64,000 nucleotides of DNA, taken from Paracoccaceae bacterium (GTDB lineage Bacteria > Pseudomonadota > Alphaproteobacteria > Rhodobacterales > Rhodobacteraceae). Positions 9,770-19,009 of the stretch are shown in pieces. The stretch lies in NCBI GenBank assembly GCA_947468085.1, contig CANIKY010000003.1:1853-65852 (forward strand). The letters are read 5' to 3'. Each line of letters begins with the position of its first letter. The first letter of the stretch is position 1. The notes beneath the pieces were generated by a model, which saw only the letters and a program-made list of their open reading frames with translations, was not told the origin of the DNA and made no database searches. A program made the position numbers and the translations under genes.

Positions 9770-10019
9770 TTTTTTTGCGCCCTGCACCACTGGTTGCGAC
9801 CCTGATGCTGATATACAAGCAGTGCGTTTATTTGGTCGGGCCTTATCCCGTAGGGCTTGCAAGTTGGCATCTGCCACAAACCAGTCGTGGGCGGTAATTC
9901 CCTCAAACGCCACCCAGACATCGTCTTTGGAAATGCCCATCGTGTCGGTCATGGCCGAGACGATCTTGGCCGACACGGTTTTTCTTGGACATGTGATCTT
10001 CGGAGGTGGCGTCTTGCAT
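9752..10019 (-). pseudogene. Probable tautomerase (4-OT-like) remnant, frameshifted or truncated
   Basis: Peptide 'KTVSAKIVSAMTDTMGISKDDVWVAFEGITAHDW' resembles the 4-OT beta-alpha-beta unit. The RBS-preceded ATG (10019) is out of frame at an A-run, and there is no N-terminal Pro. Confidence 0.35.
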
Positions 10020-10096
10020 GATCCTTGTGGTGACCAAGAGGATAAGGCCAAAACCAGCATCACGCTTGACGGCCAGTTTGTTGGCTGCAAGCCAAA

Positions 10097-10120
10097 AACA
10101 ACCGAAATAGGTTGTTGACA
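10097..10120 (+). promoter_or_regulatory. Inverted repeat AACAACC-N6-GGTTGTT overlapping a TTGACA hexamer upstream of glpD
   Basis: IR at 10097-10116; TTGACA at 10115-10120. No good -10 element found. Confidence 0.35.
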
Positions 10121-10167
10121 AGGGCCTTCTCCAAGGTGCCCTTGGGTCCCATTCGGGGAGGCTTGAA

Positions 10168-11742
10168 ATGGTCAGTCTAGAGCAGCCAAGTGTGGCTGAT
10201 CTGTTCATCATTGGTGGTGGTATCAACGGCTGCGGGATCGCGCGCGATGCGGTGGGCCGTGGGCTGTCTGTCGTTCTGGCCGAGCAGGGCGATTTGGCGC
10301 AAGCGACGTCGTCTGCTTCCACCAAGCTCTTTCACGGTGGACTGCGGTATCTTGAGTATTTCGAGTTCCGCCTTGTGCGCGAGGCGCTGGAAGAGCGTGA
10401 AACCCTGCTCTCGGCTATGCCCCACATTTCGTGGCCGATGCGCTTTGTGTTGCCCTACCACCGCGATATGCGCTTTGAAGGCGACACGCCAACAGGTCGG
10501 CTGATGGCAACCTTTATGCCTTGGATGAAGGGGCGCAGACCGGCTTGGCTGATCCGTTTGGGGTTGTTTTTGTATGACATGATGGGTGGGCGCAAGATCC
10601 TGCCCGCCACGTGCACCCTTGACCTGCGCACTGATCCTGCGGGTGTACCGCTGCAAGCACGATTTGAGAGGGCTTTTGAATACTCTGATTGCTGGGTTGA
10701 GGATGCAAAGCTTGTCTCGCTCAATGCCCGCGATGCGGCGGAACGGGGCGCAGTTATTCTGACGCGCACCCGCGTCCTGAGTGCCGAACGTCGCGGCGAT
10801 GTATGGCATATTGTGACGCAAGGGTTAGCCGGCACACAAACCCACGCCGCGCGCGTCTTGGTCAATGTGGGCGGCCCTTGGGTCGAAGATATCATCCAAA
10901 ACGTGGCGCGCATAAATTCGCTTGAAGGGGTGCGCTTGGTGCGCGGTTCGCATATCGTCACCAAAAAGCTGTACGACCACGACCGCTGCTATTTCTTTCA
11001 AGGAACAGATGGCCGGATCATTTTCGTCATTCCTTACGAACAGGATTTTACTCTGATCGGTACGACCGACAAAGACCATCAGGGCCCGCCCGGGGATCCA
11101 TATTGTACTGATGAAGAGCGTGATTACCTTTGCGCTTTTGCCAGCCAGTATTTCGCCAAGCCTGTCAGCGCCGCTGATGTGGTTTGGACCTATTCCGGCG
11201 TGCGGCCTTTGTACAATGATGGGGCTAAATCGGCCACGGCGGCCACACGCGATTATGTCTTAAGTTTGGATGAAAACGGGCCGCCCTTGCTGAATGTGTT
11301 TGGCGGTAAGATCACCACCTATCGCCGCTTGGCCGAAGGGGCGCTGGCCAAACTAACCCCCTATTTTCCAGCGGCAAAATCGGCATGGACAGCGCGTGCA
11401 CCGCTTCCGGGTGGCGATTTTCTGGTGGGCGATGTGGCCCGCCTGACGGCAGAGTTGCAGCAAAACCACGCCTTCCTTACCCCGTATTGGGCCGCGCGTC
11501 TGATCCGCGCCTATGGGGCCGACGCGGTTATTCTGCTGCAAGGCGTGCGCAGCGCGGCTGACCTAGGCCGCGATTTTGGCGCCACCTTGACCGAGGTCGA
11601 GGTGCGATGGCTGATGGCCCATGAATTTGCCCGTGCCGCTGACGATGTTGTCTGGCGGCGCACGAAACTGGGCCTTCGGATGAACCAAGCACAAATCGCA
11701 GTGCTGGAAGAATTCATGGCGCAGGCTTACAACCAGACCTAA
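10168..11742 (+). CDS. glpD: Aerobic glycerol-3-phosphate dehydrogenase
   Basis: FAD motif IIGGGINGCG, 'ATSSASTKLFHGGLRYLE', 'GGKITTYR', 'WRRTKLGL'; GGAGG RBS. Confidence 0.97.
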   Translation: MVSLEQPSVADLFIIGGGINGCGIARDAVGRGLSVVLAEQGDLAQATSSASTKLFHGGLRYLEYFEFRLVREALEERETLLSAMPHISWPMRFVLPYHRDMRFEGDTPTGRLMATFMPWMKGRRPAWLIRLGLFLYDMMGGRKILPATCTLDLRTDPAGVPLQARFERAFEYSDCWVEDAKLVSLNARDAAERGAVILTRTRVLSAERRGDVWHIVTQGLAGTQTHAARVLVNVGGPWVEDIIQNVARINSLEGVRLVRGSHIVTKKLYDHDRCYFFQGTDGRIIFVIPYEQDFTLIGTTDKDHQGPPGDPYCTDEERDYLCAFASQYFAKPVSAADVVWTYSGVRPLYNDGAKSATAATRDYVLSLDENGPPLLNVFGGKITTYRRLAEGALAKLTPYFPAAKSAWTARAPLPGGDFLVGDVARLTAELQQNHAFLTPYWAARLIRAYGADAVILLQGVRSAADLGRDFGATLTEVEVRWLMAHEFARAADDVVWRRTKLGLRMNQAQIAVLEEFMAQAYNQT

Positions 11743-11763
11743 GAGGCACTTATCATAGGCCAG

Positions 11764-13245
11764 ATGATGACCCAAATCCTTGCTATAGATCAGGGCACCA
11801 CCTCGACCCGGTCGATCTTGTTTTCACAAGATCTGCGGCCCATCACATCGGCGCAGGAAGAATTTAGCCAGTACTTCCCCAAGTCTGGCTGGGTCGAGCA
11901 TGATCCGGCCGATCTGTGGCGCACCACGCTGTCCACCGCGCGGGCCGTTTTGGCGCGAACTGATCTTGCCAAGGTGGCCGCCATCGGCATCACCAACCAA
12001 CGCGAAACCACCTTGCTTTGGGATCGTGACACGGGCATCCCCGTGGCCAACGCCATTGTCTGGCAAGACCGCCGCAGTGCCGATATCTGCGCCGCGCTGA
12101 AAGAGGCGGGCCACGAGGCGATGATAACTGCCCGCACGGGATTGCTTCTCGATCCCTATTTCAGTGGCACCAAGATCAAATGGCTGCTGGACCATATTCC
12201 TGGCGCGCGCGCCAATGCAGAGGCAGGTAAACTGGCCTTTGGCACAGTGGACAGCTATCTGATCTGGAACCTAACCGCGGGCCGTGTTCACGCGACTGAT
12301 GCCACCAACGCGGCGCGTACGCTGATTTACAACATCAAAACCGGCACTTGGGATGCCGAAATTTGTGCTTTGTTGGGCATTCCTATGTCGTTGCTGCCGC
12401 AAGTAAAAGACAGTGCTGCCGAGTTTGGCGTGACCGATCCTGCCCTTTTTGGCAGGGCTATTCCCATTCGCGGTGTGGCTGGTGATCAGCAGGCGGCTAC
12501 AGTGGGCCAAGCCTGCTTTGCCCCCGGCATGATGAAAGCAACCTATGGAACAGGGTGTTTTGCCTTGCTTAACACCGGAACGGATATGGTTTTGTCAAAG
12601 AACCGCTTGTTGACCACCATCGCCTATCAACTGAACGGCCAACCCACCTATGCGTTGGAAGGATCGATCTTTGTGGCAGGCGCGGTTGTGCAATGGCTGC
12701 GCGATGGCTTGAAAATCATCACCACGGCGGGCGAAACCCAAGGCCTGGCAGATCAAGCCGACCCGGGGCAAGACGTTGTCGTGGTGCCCGCCTTCACTGG
12801 CTTTGGCGCTCCCTATTGGCGGCCTGACAGTCGCGGGGCGATCTTTGGCGTGACAAGGGCCACAGGAGCGCCCGAACTCGCCAAGGGCGCACTGGAAAGC
12901 GTGGGCTATCAAACCCGCGACCTATTGGAAGCGATGCGCGCCGATTGGGGCCATGGTGCCGAGGGTGTCTTGCGGGTGGATGGTGGCATGGTCGCCAGCG
13001 ATTGGGCTATGCAGTTTTTGGCCGATATTCTGGGCGCGCCAGTAGATCGGCCAGTGGTGACCGAAACCACCGCTTTAGGTGCTGCTTACCTTGCGGGCTT
13101 GCAAAGCGGCCTTTGTCCAGAACCCGCCCGTTTTGCTGAAACTTGGGTCCTAGAGCGTCGCTTTGCCCCCGCTATGCCAGCGGATCTTCGCGCTGCGAAA
13201 TACGCCCGATGGGGCAGGGCGGTTGCTGCAACCCTGATGGTTTAG
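11764..13245 (+). CDS. glpK: Glycerol kinase
   Basis: '[10 protein letters not shown]', 'GITNQRETT', 'DPYFSGTK', 'GDQQAA', 'KATYGTGCF', 'GAPYW'. Confidence 0.98.
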   Translation: MMTQILAIDQGTTSTRSILFSQDLRPITSAQEEFSQYFPKSGWVEHDPADLWRTTLSTARAVLARTDLAKVAAIGITNQRETTLLWDRDTGIPVANAIVWQDRRSADICAALKEAGHEAMITARTGLLLDPYFSGTKIKWLLDHIPGARANAEAGKLAFGTVDSYLIWNLTAGRVHATDATNAARTLIYNIKTGTWDAEICALLGIPMSLLPQVKDSAAEFGVTDPALFGRAIPIRGVAGDQQAATVGQACFAPGMMKATYGTGCFALLNTGTDMVLSKNRLLTTIAYQLNGQPTYALEGSIFVAGAVVQWLRDGLKIITTAGETQGLADQADPGQDVVVVPAFTGFGAPYWRPDSRGAIFGVTRATGAPELAKGALESVGYQTRDLLEAMRADWGHGAEGVLRVDGGMVASDWAMQFLADILGAPVDRPVVTETTALGAAYLAGLQSGLCPEPARFAETWVLERRFAPAMPADLRAAKYARWGRAVAATLMV

Positions 13246-13271
13246 CCTGTTTTTCTGCGGCAGCCCTTAAA

Positions 13272-13505
13272 TCACCGGCCCCTAATCCGTGGGTCCAATG
13301 CATCGCGCAAACCATCGCCGATGTAATTGACTGACAAGACCGTCAGCGAGATTGCAAGGCCAGGCCAAATCACACGTTCGGGGTAAAGTTGGAGATAATT
13401 CAACCCATCGAACAATAATCGGCCCCATGTTGGAAAATCTGGCGGAAAGCCAAGGCCCAAAAAGGACAGAACCGACTCCGTGATAATAGCCTCTGCCACG
13501 CCCAA
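13272..13505 (-). pseudogene. C-terminal fragment of oligo/dipeptide ABC permease (OppC/DppC)
   Basis: 'AIITESVLSFLGLG.PP..PTWG....G....NYIGDGLRDALDP'; N-terminal part missing. Confidence 0.9.
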
Positions 13506-13659
13506 ACTTTCCCGACCCGGTTTCGCCTACCACACCCAAAACTTCCCCGCGCTTCAAACTGAGGTTGACGGCGCTGACAGCGTGAATCTCACCCTGTCTG
13601 GTATGAAAAACGGTCTTTAGCCCCCGAACATCCAGAACGGGCGCTGCGCCATTGGCCAT
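13506..13659 (-). pseudogene. N-terminal fragment of oligo/dipeptide ABC ATPase (OppD/DppD), broken at Walker A
   Basis: 'VLDVRGLKTVFHTRQGEIHAVSAVNLSLKRGEVLGVVGETGSGK', then an abrupt switch to permease DNA in another frame. Confidence 0.9.
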
Positions 13660-13956
13660 GAATTTCTCTCCAGAAGGCCGTTTTTATCTATGTTTGTTCA
13701 GCAGATAAGCTTTCAGACACTTGCGCAGAAAAAAGTCTTTCGCATTTCGCGCCTTCGAGGAACCTAGAATTTTGCGGATGTGCCGATCTGGTGCTGTATG
13801 AGCCCGAAAAGGGGCGCACGCCCTTGGGCGGAAACGATCGGGCGAGCAATCATTTAGCCCCCCGCGCCCATCAAACCTTGCGCAAGACCTTTATCTGCTT
13901 TCCCAAAGCCGCCCGACCCAGTATGCGTAACAATCTTTGAAGATTTGGGAAAAATC

Positions 13957-14502
13957 ATGGCGCAGAATGCCACCATCTACAAAGTCGAGCTTTCCATCTC
14001 TGACATGGATCGCCACTATTATGACACCCACAAACTGACCATTGCCAAGCACCCCTCAGAGACGGATGAACGCTTGATGGTGCGCATTCTGGCCTTTGCG
14101 CTGAATGCCCATGAGTATTTGGAAATGACCAAGGGCCTTTCGACCGATGATGAGCCCGACATTTGGCAAAAAAGCCTAAGCGGCGAGCTTGATGTTTGGG
14201 TTGCCCTTGGATTGCCCAGCGAAAAGGTGATGCGCCAATCCTGTGGCAAGGCCCGCAAGGTGGTGGTTTATCCCTATGGAGGCAAGCCGGCCGAAATCTG
14301 GTGGGATAAGATCAAGTCCAGCGTGGTCCGCTTTGATAATCTTGAGGTGACGAATTTTTCCGAGCAAGATACGGCTGCATTGGCAAAACTGGCGAACCGC
14401 GCGATGAAACTGCAGGTCAATATTCAAGAATGTGATGTGATGGTCAGTGTCGGGGAAACCATCGCTTACGTCACCCCGCTGAAATGGAAGACCCCAGAAT
14501 AA
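13957..14502 (+). CDS. yaeQ: YaeQ family protein
   Basis: 'ATIYKVELSISDMDRHYY..LTIAKHPSETDERLMVRILAF..GLSTDDEPDIW..WVALGLP'. Confidence 0.9.
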   Translation: MAQNATIYKVELSISDMDRHYYDTHKLTIAKHPSETDERLMVRILAFALNAHEYLEMTKGLSTDDEPDIWQKSLSGELDVWVALGLPSEKVMRQSCGKARKVVVYPYGGKPAEIWWDKIKSSVVRFDNLEVTNFSEQDTAALAKLANRAMKLQVNIQECDVMVSVGETIAYVTPLKWKTPE

Positions 14503-14669
14503 AGCGTCATCGCAGGGTGTTTGTAGTGTAAACTTACCAGCGGTGTCATTGCTGGTAACTGGGTGATCTGCCGCGCCAGTACGGTGACACTCATCCTACT
14601 TGCCATTTCGCCCTGTGATCCAGACAGGTAATCTGCCGCCGCCCGCCGGCATCGTTTCATAGCGCCCTC

Positions 14670-15049
14670 GTGAGGCGTGATTTCCCCTTTCCCTGTTGAA
14701 CTTAGGCCATTCTGACGATCTCAGCGGTGCCGAGCGCATTGAAGCGGTTGATGAGGGCGATGCGGATTTGGATTTCGGCGGTTTGGCGGTCTGGGTCTCT
14801 CGCGGCGATGCGTTCTCCGAAGGCCTTGAGGCAGCGCATCTTGGCCTCGGTCCGGCTTGGGACGTGATATCCGGTCCAGCGCTTCCAGAACGCCCCTCCA
14901 TAGTGCCGGGTGGCGCGCAGCGTTTCGTTGCGGGCGATTGCGGCCGGGCAGTCTTCGTTCCACGGCCGGCCGTTCTTACGGATCGGGATGATTGCAGTGG
15001 CTTGGCGGTCGATGATGGCAGTGTGGCAGCGGCGCATGTCATAGGCCAC
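14670..15049 (-). mobile_element. IS5-family (IS903-group-like) remnant: transposase C-terminus only
   Basis: 'AYD.RRCH.AI..RQA.AIIPIRKN..W..GYH..SR.EAKMRCLK.FGERI.ARDPDRQ.AEIQIR'. 5' end truncated; no terminal IR recognised. Confidence 0.88.
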
Positions 15050-15132
15050 GACATCCAGTACCGGTTTGAGTATCCCGACGTCTGGATCTTCGACAAACGT
15101 TGGTCTTGGAACGAGATTTACATAGTTCGCGC
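15046..15132 (+). repeat. 87-bp partial copy of 16304-16390 (inside the downstream methyltransferase gene)
   Basis: Manual alignment gives 82/87 identical with no gaps; abuts the truncated IS. Confidence 0.93.
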
Positions 15133-15494
15133 TGCGGCCGCAGCCAAGGCGGCAATTGCAGGCTTCGCCACCGCGTTCAATTCAGTGAACCTTGGCCTTG
15201 TGCATCGACTGAAGGCCCCGACTGAAAGGCGCTTTGAGAATGTGGCGCGGTCCGCCCACGCGGATGCAGCATTCCCCTGCACGACAGGGGGGGACGATGA
15301 CGAACCCAAGTAAGACCGCTTTCGTGTCAACGACGGTTTGCTCGCGTGGTCTGAGGCTGATCTCCCGGATGGCAGGCGTTGCAGTTGCCCCATGTGTCGA
15401 TGACGCACAACGCCAAGTCCGCAGGCTGACGACTTGCAGCAACCGGCCATCGTGAGTATGTTTAGGGAGTATTTTAGCATGGAGATTTTCGGAC

Positions 15495-16532
15495 ATGGAG
15501 ATTGGTCAAAACGACCCGCTTAAGGCTGATATTGTGACGCCCCAACAGATTGCGTTGCTAGCACAGCATGTTTTGAAACGCGAACTGTTACCCGGCGAGA
15601 TTGCGAACTGGATGAACCGCGCAACGAAAATGGGCCATGATTTCGAGGCCTGTTTCGCGCTGATGATCGTAACGCCGGAGTATCTAGGCCGTGCCGGTGT
15701 GAACCCGGGGCATCCGCCCGGTCACTACTATTCCCCGATCGTGAACCCTGCGGAACTGAAGACCCATTTTCGCGTCGATCGCAAAAAGCGGGTCGACGAC
15801 CTTCCGGGACTGCTTGTGCGCGACGCCACGTTGCAGGCCGAATTCGCGGTGCTTGCGCCCTTGATTGCAAAGCACCGCTTCTCGAAGACCAAGACGGAAG
15901 GCGAACGCTATTTCATCGACAACGGTGTCTATCCGCAGGGCGACGCGATCATACTTGCCGCGATGATAGCCCGTTTTCGGCCAAAGCAGATCATCGAGAT
16001 CGGTTCGGGCTTCTCTACCGCGTGCATGCTTGATGCGATCGAACGTGAGGGGCTGGAGACGACGATCATCTGCGTGGAGCCTTTCCCGCAACGCCTGCGC
16101 AGCACCCTGACCGACCGTGACACGGACCGCGTGACGATCATCGAGGCGATGGTCCAGACCACCGCGCCTGAGATGTACGACACGCTGGAAGCGGGCGACA
16201 TCCTGTTCATCGACTCGACCCATGTGGTGAAGACCGGCAGCGATGTGTGCTTTGAGATTTTCGAGATCCTGCCGCGGCTTAAGCCGGGCGTTATCGTGCA
16301 TTTCCACGACATCCATTACCCGTTCGAGTATCCCGACGTCTGGATCTTTGACAAACGTTGGTCTTGGAACGAGATTTACATGGTTCGCGCGTTCCTGATG
16401 TACAATGATCGCTTCCGCGTGATCGCCTTTAACAACTATTGGGGGCAGCACCACCGCCCAGAGCTTGAGTCAGCCTATGGCGCGTCCGTCCCAAACCCCG
16501 GTGTAAGCATCTGGATGCGGGTTTTGGAATAA
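15495..16532 (+). CDS. Class I SAM-dependent methyltransferase (Methyltransf_24-like) with N-terminal extension
   Basis: 'IIEIGSGFST', 'ILFIDSTHVVKTGSDV', 'VHFHDI.YPFEYP..W....WNE.Y'. This family is typical of surface-polysaccharide loci. Confidence 0.88.
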   Translation: MEIGQNDPLKADIVTPQQIALLAQHVLKRELLPGEIANWMNRATKMGHDFEACFALMIVTPEYLGRAGVNPGHPPGHYYSPIVNPAELKTHFRVDRKKRVDDLPGLLVRDATLQAEFAVLAPLIAKHRFSKTKTEGERYFIDNGVYPQGDAIILAAMIARFRPKQIIEIGSGFSTACMLDAIEREGLETTIICVEPFPQRLRSTLTDRDTDRVTIIEAMVQTTAPEMYDTLEAGDILFIDSTHVVKTGSDVCFEIFEILPRLKPGVIVHFHDIHYPFEYPDVWIFDKRWSWNEIYMVRAFLMYNDRFRVIAFNNYWGQHHRPELESAYGASVPNPGVSIWMRVLE

Positions 16533-16534
16533 TT

Positions 16535-16738
16535 TCAGAGAGGTTTTGATTTTGATAAACGTTGGTTGTCTGCCACTGCCTTCTCAGACACCTTGCCATA
16601 GCTGGTCAACATGGCCTGACGCCACGAACTGCCAGCATAATTGTTCGAAAAAGCGATCTTCATCGATGACGTATCAGCAAAGCTGACGGTCGAGGCGGCG
16701 GACAGCAACAAAGCCGCAAGTGCGAGCGTATTTTTCAT
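16535..16738 (-). pseudogene. Truncated sugar ABC transporter substrate-binding protein (N-terminal ~57 aa)
   Basis: Signal peptide plus 'MKIAFSNNYAGSSWRQAML'; homology-like sequence ends near 16567. Confidence 0.8.
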
Positions 16739-16812
16739 TGGTGATTCCCTCCCAAGTGTCCACCGTTACGATCCCGCTTCTTTGGCAGACCGGGTGGCAA
16801 AAAGAAGCGCCA

Positions 16813-16828
16813 CACTAACTTGTTAGTG
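16813..16828. promoter_or_regulatory. Palindrome CACTAAC-TT-GTTAGTG, candidate operator
   Basis: Perfect 7-bp inverted repeat about 75 bp upstream of the truncated SBP start. Confidence 0.45.
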
Positions 16829-16858
16829 AGTCAATTCGCATAAGGGGCCGAAATATTA

Positions 16859-16887
16859 GGAAAATCAATGCATTTCATTGATTTTCC
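16859..16887. repeat. Perfect 12-bp inverted repeat GGAAAATCAATG-N5-CATTGATTTTCC
   Basis: Read directly from the sequence; function unknown (hairpin or operator). Confidence 0.6.
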
Positions 16888-17029
16888 ATTCTGCAAACGC
16901 CGAGGCAGAGAAACCCTTTTTAACCACCCGCAGCTATAATCTCGGCCAAGAAAAGCGCAGGCTGTTGCCAGCACTGCGCCCTTTCCCATGCTTTCTGGGT
17001 CAGCCCAACTGCCCCTTTAGGCCTTGGGC

Positions 17030-17674
17030 TTGCGAATGACCAGTTGAGCCCACGCGCCCTTAAAGCCGGGCTTCGGTGGGGCATGCGATCGTGTTCTCCA
17101 TGACGGTCGTATCGACCGTCCCAGGGCTGACGCTGCTCTCGTCGATGGCGCCGGATTTGCGCCCAGCCTCGATGGTCTGGGTCAGCAGCCATTGCACGGA
17201 GGGTCCTCCCCGATCCCCTTGCGCCAGCTTGTCAGCGAGGACGGATCGATGGGCAGGCGGTGCCGATAGAAGGGCGCACCAGTGAGATGCTGGTTGTATG
17301 GGTTCTCAACCCAGCGGGCGACAGTCACTTCATCTGACACCCGATAGGCGTGCTGCAGATAAAGCAGGCCCGCCACCAGTCTCGAGGGTATGGCCGGCCG
17401 CCCGGTTGCCGATGGAAAGAACCCCGATCATTCCCGATCAAAGACCTCCCAGTCGATCAGGGCCGTCAACGTCATCAATTCATGGCGCAGATCTATCAGG
17501 TCGACCAGACGCCGGCGGAGCAAGTCATCTTGTTCAGACGGGCGCGGTGCTTCATTTGCATACCGAAATTGCAGGGTTCACCATGAAATCATATAAAACC
17601 CTACAGGCGGAGGCCAGAAAACAGTCACAGTATAATGCAAAATCAATGGGCTGGAGGGTGTTCAGGGTGAACTA
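17030..17674 (-). mobile_element. Degenerate IS5-family element (5' end plus transposase N-terminus with stops and frameshift)
   Basis: ATG at 17555: 'MKHR...DDLLR.RLVD.ID.RHEL..L..LIDWE'; 'AGLLYLQHAYR.SDE..VARWVENPY', 'PIDPSSLT.WRK.IGE', 'WLLTQTIEAGRKSGAIDESS..VDTTVME'. Internal TGA/TAA stops. Probable left end near 17671-17674. Confidence 0.88.
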
Positions 17675-17690
17675 TTTAAATCACTCCACG

Positions 17691-18998
17691 TTAGTCACGA
17701 AGGGCAAGTTCTTGAATCCGGGCTATCGGCTGCCAGAAATACTCCAAAACACTTCTTTTGCCTGACAATACATCCACCGTGGCAGTCATACCTGGGATAA
17801 TTTTGGCAACTTCTCCATTAGCCATACGCAATTCGCCTAACAGTGCTACATCTACCAGATAATAACTCGTACTTTTACTCCGGTCGTCCACAACAGCATC
17901 TGGACTGATGCGCCGGACCACACCATCTACTGAACCATATTTGGTTGAATCATAAGCCGATAGTCGTATGCGCACCGCATCGTCCAATCTTATGCGTGAT
18001 ATGTCCTTTGGCATGATCCTTGCCTCAACCATCAGTGCTTCACCGGTTGGAACTAATTCGAGCATCGCGTCCCCTGTTTTCACAAAACCACCGGACGTTC
18101 TGAAGTTCAACTTGCTAACGATCCCATCCATCGGCGCGCGGATCACTGTACGGCTCACTCGTTCTTGCAAGCGAGGAAGAGATTCCCGCTGTTCACTCTG
18201 ATCGGCGACTACGGCGTTAAGTTCTTCCATTGCGCGCAGTTTGTAGTTAGCGCGGGTATTTTCGACTTCCGATTCAATTTGTAATATAGATGATTGCGCT
18301 TGCTCAATCGCAATTGCCGCCCTGTCATGGTCTCCGAGCGCTTGCTCTAACTGACGCCGAAGTTCCAAAAGCCGGGTCTCTGGCGCTATGTTGTCGCGAA
18401 CCAATGGCTCGACCATTTTAATTTCTTGGGTAAGCAGGCCAGCAGTCCGCTCAGCAGTTCCAACAGTTGTTTCGGCGACACGTAAATCTTGTTGGCCCTG
18501 CCTAATACGCTGATCAAGTACAGCCAGCTGTCCGGCCAGTTCCGCACGGCGGGCCGCGAAAAGGTTTTGTTCTGTCAGAACGACCAGTGGCGATTTTGCA
18601 TCAAGGTCGGCAGCAATGGATAGGTCTTTACCGGAGATCTCGGCACGAAGCCTTTGCTCTTTTATATCAAGGCTGGCCAGACGCTGGGTCAAACTGTTAA
18701 ATTCACTACTTGCGTCGACTGGATCGATCTCAAATAAGGTTTCACCTTCCGCAACAACAGAGTTCTCAGACACAAATCGACGCAATATCACCCCGCCCTC
18801 TGAAGCTTGCACGATCTGGTTTTGAACTGACGATATAATGCGACCCTCACCACGGGTGACATTGTCAAGTTTCGCCCATGAGGCCCAAACCAACAGCATC
18901 ACGATCATCGTTCCGATGGCTAAGATTACTGCCGAACCAGCCAACCCATCACGCCCAGCCAAATCACGAGACAGACGCTTAAAATCAAATTCAGACAT
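17691..18998 (-). CDS. HlyD-family type I secretion periplasmic adaptor
   Basis: N-terminal TM helix, 'VTRGEGRII', coiled coil, 'IRAPMDGIV', 'DISRI', 'PGMTATVDVLSGKRSVLEY'. Confidence 0.96.
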   Translation of the reverse strand: MSEFDFKRLSRDLAGRDGLAGSAVILAIGTMIVMLLVWASWAKLDNVTRGEGRIISSVQNQIVQASEGGVILRRFVSENSVVAEGETLFEIDPVDASSEFNSLTQRLASLDIKEQRLRAEISGKDLSIAADLDAKSPLVVLTEQNLFAARRAELAGQLAVLDQRIRQGQQDLRVAETTVGTAERTAGLLTQEIKMVEPLVRDNIAPETRLLELRRQLEQALGDHDRAAIAIEQAQSSILQIESEVENTRANYKLRAMEELNAVVADQSEQRESLPRLQERVSRTVIRAPMDGIVSKLNFRTSGGFVKTGDAMLELVPTGEALMVEARIMPKDISRIRLDDAVRIRLSAYDSTKYGSVDGVVRRISPDAVVDDRSKSTSYYLVDVALLGELRMANGEVAKIIPGMTATVDVLSGKRSVLEYFWQPIARIQELALRD

Positions 18999-19009
18999 TG
19001 TGCAGCCCC

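Noticed and set aside
14534-14558. 8-bp hairpin TTACCAGC-N9-GCTGGTAA after yaeQ
   Set aside because: Short, no U-tract; insufficient to call a terminator or mobile-element end.
14696-15313. 205-aa plus-strand ORF containing 'FEYPDVWIFDKRWSWNE'
   Set aside because: Chimera of antisense IS sequence, the duplicated methyltransferase fragment and unrelated DNA; not a coherent gene.
16833-16860. TTCGCATAA resembling a XerC arm (dif-like site)
   Set aside because: No XerD-like TTATGTTAAA arm at the expected spacing.
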